Shown here piece by piece: positions 60,347 through 64,000 of a stretch of 64,000 nucleotides of DNA. The stretch is taken from positions 896,001 to 960,000 of the forward strand of contig CBDCOX010000002.1 of the NCBI GenBank assembly GCA_965219995.1, read 5' to 3'. Below the pieces are notes generated by a model. That model saw nothing but the letters and a program-made list of their open reading frames with translations. It was not told the DNA's origin and did not search any database. This DNA is from Candidatus Latescibacterota bacterium. Lineage in GTDB: Bacteria > Latescibacterota > UBA2968 > GCA-2709665. Every line of letters begins with the position of its first letter. Position 1 is the first letter of the stretch. Position numbers and translations under genes: made by a program.

Positions 60347-60422
60347 TCTGATTGTGGGACAGATGCCGCAGCCCGAAGGCGCGCCGGTGGAAGCTCTTAT
60401 GGCCATCACCTACCGCAAGAAT

Positions 60423-60625
60423 TCAATTACGCAACGGCCGGCCGCAATGCTCCACGGGTACAGATAGCGCATCTTCATGGAGCGGGATGATATATCAGTC
60501 GATCGCCTCCTTTACATTGGCAATCGCTTCCTGTCTCGTAGCCCCTTGCTGACATATCCGATCACGCCGGGGCTTTCAGCCACCCAATAACGGTCTTCTC
60601 CGGGGTACAATACAACCTGTCTCAT
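60423..60625 (-). pseudogene. hicB: HicB-family antitoxin pseudogene
   Basis: MRQVVLYPGEDRYWVAESPGVIGYVS, a frameshift, then GATRQEAIANVKEAID*YIIPLHEDALSVP; one frameshift plus an in-frame TGA at 60495-60497. Confidence 0.75.
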
Positions 60626-60997
60626 GATGTTCCCTCTGAAGAAAAGTCGTTACTCAATCGGTGTCGAAGTGGAAACCAGGAGCCTGGGTGCGAAGTCGTC
60701 CTTATTTTGCGTCATTGACGATTGGATGCCTGAGGTTGCTAATGTGGCGACGATGAGAATCCTGCCACTGGCAATCGTCGCTTTAGGGCTCATCTCTATT
60801 CCACGACGTCGTCATTCAAGTCCTGACTTTCACCAGTTCCGGCATCGGGACATCCGCGTCTGTCGTCCTTGACTGATCCCCGCCGGAGATTCGGCTGCAC
60901 GATTGCCGGTTTACCGTTCCACCGCCGATTGGCGCAACGGATATCGGCAAATCTCACCCACTGCCGTGCGAGAAGGATGAATTGGCCGTCCGCATAC

Positions 60998-61450
60998 TTA
61001 TTCGCTACTTCTGTCGAACTCAAGCCTGCCGGCCTGTTGATAGAGTTCGGCCAATGCCCCTTCGGCCTTTTCGTAGATCTCTTGCAGCTTTCGGTTTTTC
61101 CGGATAAGTGGATGGCTTCCGATGAATTGATAGATGTAGTCCACCGCGACGGACGCACGATCCATGAGCTCGAAGTAATGGCCGTCGTTTATTGACATTT
61201 CCGAATCGTCGGGCAACAGGGTCGATACACCGTCTTTCGGCACTTCTTCAAGTATGGGTAAACGGAACGCCCGAAGGAAATATCCTATGTCTTCTCGCAA
61301 CTCCTCGGGGGATTCCCCCAGCGGTTCGACCGATTCTTCCGTCCATTTCTCTATGCTTCCGTCCTCGCCGTAATAAACCTCGTGGACGTGATACGTCACC
61401 GAGTCGATTTCGGCATGATGTCTTCTGATGACCCTGTAGTTCCACGTCAT
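60998..61450 (-). CDS. Hypothetical protein (WNYRV-motif family)
   Basis: MTWNYRVIRR...HEVYY..DG....WT.....P.GES.EEL..D; GGAGA RBS; function unknown. Confidence 0.7.
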   Translation of the reverse strand: MTWNYRVIRRHHAEIDSVTYHVHEVYYGEDGSIEKWTEESVEPLGESPEELREDIGYFLRAFRLPILEEVPKDGVSTLLPDDSEMSINDGHYFELMDRASVAVDYIYQFIGSHPLIRKNRKLQEIYEKAEGALAELYQQAGRLEFDRSSE

Positions 61451-61543
61451 CTCTTTTCTCCTTTGACGACTCGGGTGACGAACGGCCGGTCAATCGCTTT
61501 AATATACGATCATCTTCATCAACCACTGCGTGGTTACACCCCT

Positions 61544-61642
61544 CGGCATCTCGCCCGCAGGCCGTTGCGGGCCCGGGCGAAAGTCAGGGACTTTCAGGAG
61601 CTTGCTGCCTTCGACAATCGAGTCGTACGCCAGGATGGTCGG
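61544..61642 (-). pseudogene. Remnant duplicate of the 3' end of the Gfo/Idh/MocA gene
   Basis: Gapless alignment to 62384-62482, about 75/99 nt identical by manual count; encodes PTILAYDSIVEGSKLLKVPDFRPGPQRPAGEMP. Confidence 0.8.
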
Positions 61643-61687
61643 GCAGCGCTTCAACCGGCGAATGGAATTGGACCGCAATGCTTCTTT

Positions 61688-62086
61688 CTACAGGCGGCGG
61701 ACGTCGGGCAGGGCGGCCATCTTTTGGTCGAGCGTGAGGACTTGCATACCAGCGCGTGAATAGTCGTCGGCGATAAGCCGGTCAAACAAGCCGGCGCCGC
61801 CGGAAGCATGAAGGGCTTCGATAACCGAGCGCCCGTTCAGGGGGGAGACAAGGCCGCTGCCCAGCGCGTCGAGCAAAGAGGTTCGCGCATCGGCTTTCGA
61901 TACGCCATAGTGGTGCTGTACCGCCACGTAGGTCTCTCCGACGACCTGGTTTGAAACGAAGATTTCATGGCCGTGCTCGCGGACCAGCGCGCCAAGTTTG
62001 CTTACGCAATACACGAAGTGTTCTTCCGGATCTCTGGTGAGCAACCGCACGAGGACTGACGTGTCAATCCCGAAGCGACGGGTCAT
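61688..62086 (-). CDS. PIN-domain (VapC-like) toxin
   Basis: GIDTSVLVRLL, VVGETY, FDRLI, TLDQK. Confidence 0.85.
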   Translation of the reverse strand: MTRRFGIDTSVLVRLLTRDPEEHFVYCVSKLGALVREHGHEIFVSNQVVGETYVAVQHHYGVSKADARTSLLDALGSGLVSPLNGRSVIEALHASGGAGLFDRLIADDYSRAGMQVLTLDQKMAALPDVRRL

Positions 62087-62306
62087 ACGATTTCTCCCGG
62101 AATTTCTGGAGATCAAACGTCCCACGTCCGCGCCGGATCTTGTCGCGAAGCGTACCGAGACGGGAAAGATCAATCCGTCTGGGCTTCAGCGCGAACCCGT
62201 CGGGGCCTTCTACGATCTCGAGCTGGTCGCCCGGGCCCACCCCAAGGGCGTCGAGCACCCGCGCAGGAAAGGTGACCTGGCGTTTTGACGTGATTTTGAC
62301 AATCAT
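62064..62306 (-). CDS. AbrB/MazE-family antitoxin
   Basis: KITSKRQVTFPARVLDALGVGPGDQLEI; overlaps the PIN gene. Confidence 0.88.
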   Translation of the reverse strand: MIVKITSKRQVTFPARVLDALGVGPGDQLEIVEGPDGFALKPRRIDLSRLGTLRDKIRRGRGTFDLQKFREKSYDPSLRD

Positions 62307-62350
62307 GACGCATCTCCTTACTATTAATATAATAAAGTAAGGCAAATAGG

Positions 62351-63550
62351 TCAAGTCAGTCGCCACCCAACTCCCCGCCCCCCCGGCATCTCCCCCACCC
62401 GGCGGTCCGGGCTCGGGCGAAAGTCCGGGACCTTCAGGGGGGTGCTGCCCGCCTCGATCGAATCGTGCGCCATGATCGCGGGCGCGACGGTGTCCATTGC
62501 CCTGTAAACATCCAACGGCAGCGGTTTGCCCTCACGCACGGCGTCTCTGAAATGAGCATGGACGTAATAGTCGGCGTCGCCGTGGCCGCTGCCCCGGGCC
62601 CCTGACGGGGCATCCGTACGCTGGTACTGCCAGTCCACCTCCGCCCAGTCGTTCATCTGGGTATCGGCAAGCCACATCTTCGGCTTCTCGTCGAGCGAAC
62701 GGCGCCACTCGACACCGCCCTTCGTGCCGATGAACTGCCACCAGTGGTGGTCGCAGTGTGGCCTGGACTGGGTGAACCCGCACAGCATCCGGATCACTGT
62801 GTCCTTCTCGGTCTTCATCAGCGCGACCTGTATATCCGGACGAGAGATCTCGGGGAACGAGTAGCTGGGCTCGTTCGTACTCATCCCGACTACTTCCACG
62901 ACCCGGTCGTCGAGTACCTTCAGAACCACACTCATATCGTGCGAACCGATGCCGCCGATGATTGTGGGCAGCGTGTGCAGCACCGTGGGTTCGGCTTCGG
63001 GATGGTCGGGCAGCGATTCGATGGGAACCTGCTTGCCCGTCTTGAAATCCTGGAAATACTGATTCGTGCCGTACCACCCCACGTACTGGCCTTCGGCATA
63101 AGTAATCCTGCCCAGCCGCCCCTCTGTCACGAGTTGGCGCCAACCCTCCACAACCCCCCAGTACCGAGTCTGCTCGGCCAGGCTGTACACCATCCCCGTC
63201 CGCTCCACGTCGGTGACGATTCGCCAACAGTCCCCCATCGTGTACGCCGCGGGCACCTCGGAGTTCACGTGTTTTCCCGCCTCCAGCGCCCGCGCGGCCA
63301 TCTCCCCCACCTCCTTCCGCCTCACACACAGTCCCACCGCGTCCATCCCGTCGAACGCGAGGAAGTCCTCATAATCGGAAAACACCGCCACGTCGTCGCC
63401 GGCGCGGATGTGGCCCAGCGCGCGTGCCTGCAGCGGCTCGATCCAGTCATAGATTGCCGTAATCCGGTACCCCGGGATCTCCTGTAACAGTCGAATCCAG
63501 TTCAAGGCGCGGTGGCCCAGCCCGGCGATCCCGATTCGTACGTCATCCAT
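62351..63550 (-). CDS. Gfo/Idh/MocA family oxidoreductase
   Basis: VRIGIAGLGHR, ALEAGKHVNSEVP, GRITYAEGQY, GHGDAD. Confidence 0.9.
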   Translation of the reverse strand: MDDVRIGIAGLGHRALNWIRLLQEIPGYRITAIYDWIEPLQARALGHIRAGDDVAVFSDYEDFLAFDGMDAVGLCVRRKEVGEMAARALEAGKHVNSEVPAAYTMGDCWRIVTDVERTGMVYSLAEQTRYWGVVEGWRQLVTEGRLGRITYAEGQYVGWYGTNQYFQDFKTGKQVPIESLPDHPEAEPTVLHTLPTIIGGIGSHDMSVVLKVLDDRVVEVVGMSTNEPSYSFPEISRPDIQVALMKTEKDTVIRMLCGFTQSRPHCDHHWWQFIGTKGGVEWRRSLDEKPKMWLADTQMNDWAEVDWQYQRTDAPSGARGSGHGDADYYVHAHFRDAVREGKPLPLDVYRAMDTVAPAIMAHDSIEAGSTPLKVPDFRPSPDRRVGEMPGGRGVGWRLT

Positions 63551-63561
63551 TTCGAGAATCC

Positions 63562-63999
63562 TCACGCTGAACCGGAAACCCAAACCGGGCCGACGAACAG
63601 ATCGTCCGGCAGCAGGCTCGTCGTCACGATAGAATGGGGATGGTTGAAGCCCTCGGTGGTGACCTGGGCCATTGCCGTGTAATAGGTGCTTTCTCCACTC
63701 ACGCCGCAGCGGTTCCCGCCGCTGTGTCCCCGCAGCCAGTCGGGATCGACCAATTGCTCGCCCTTCCACTTCCCCCGCGTCGCCAGCAGATGCCCGAAAC
63801 GGGCGATATCCGACGGGCTCATCACCACCCACCCCGGACCGCTTCGCACCACGTGACCATTGATTTCATAGGGCGGATCGAGATAGGTATAGGAATCCGG
63901 TATATCCGGATAGAAGTACTTGCTTTCACTCACCGTACGGCCGGTGTACCAGTCCCACCGCCTCGGATGAATCCCGATCCTACCGAACAGCCGCTCGTC
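63562..63999 (-). CDS. Serine hydrolase / beta-lactamase-like protein, 3' part
   Basis: Frame open to the window edge: ERLFGRIGI...MSPSDIARFGHL....GKWKGEQLV..DWL..HSGG. Confidence 0.7.
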   Translation of the reverse strand, partial: DERLFGRIGIHPRRWDWYTGRTVSESKYFYPDIPDSYTYLDPPYEINGHVVRSGPGWVVMSPSDIARFGHLLATRGKWKGEQLVDPDWLRGHSGGNRCGVSGESTYYTAMAQVTTEGFNHPHSIVTTSLLPDDLFVGPVWVSGSA

Positions 64000-64000
64000 C

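Noticed and set aside
60190-60350. CRISPR array or integron attC sites
   Set aside because: No regularly spaced identical repeats, no cas or intI gene, and no clear attC R/L boxes
60624-61195. Small ORFs 60624-60872, 60796-61158 and 60869-61195
   Set aside because: No recognisable motifs; two of them overlap a better-supported gene
1-64000. tRNA/rRNA genes, transposases, integrases, prophage genes
   Set aside because: None recognised by eye; tRNAscan/Infernal were not run

Overview
High-GC bacterial chromosomal window. The gene content suggests an uncultured diderm lineage, but taxonomy is not determined here. From left to right: (1) the 5' part of a class-V PLP enzyme gene, divergent from a formate dehydrogenase operon (NuoE-NuoF fusion, selenocysteine-containing alpha subunit with in-frame UGA and SECIS, fdhD, FmdB-type Zn ribbon). 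(2) A methyl-group/C1 cluster: homocysteine S-methyltransferase fused to a SAM methyltransferase, two SDRs, an N,N-dimethylformamidase large-subunit homolog, a BHMT-like enzyme, a TPP enzyme, a sarcosine oxidase beta/MgdA-like flavoprotein and a RidA-like multidomain protein. (3) A six-gene hybrid export system and the top novelty candidate: ABC ATPase, ABC permease fused to a catalytically degenerate M1-peptidase fold, MFP, an RND pump, a second RND pump fused to an ABC ATPase that is itself split by a membrane insert, and a second permease. (4) A CdaA-YbbR diadenylate cyclase, a TPR protein and a large heparinase-II/III-like/beta-propeller protein. (5) A dif-like XerCD site at 38606-38633, near where gene orientation flips (probable replication terminus), next to an HTH-coiled-coil gene and gcvT. 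(6) A minus-strand core cluster (leuS, asnS, pnp, rpsO, ribF, truB, rbfA, DUF503, infB, nusA, rimP, MerR-type regulator, der, DUF512 radical SAM). (7) An accessory zone with REP-like palindromes, a DprA-like gene, a hicB pseudogene and an AbrB-PIN toxin-antitoxin pair bracketed by a duplicated 3' end of a Gfo/Idh/MocA gene. All calls rest on motif recognition by eye; no database searches were run.
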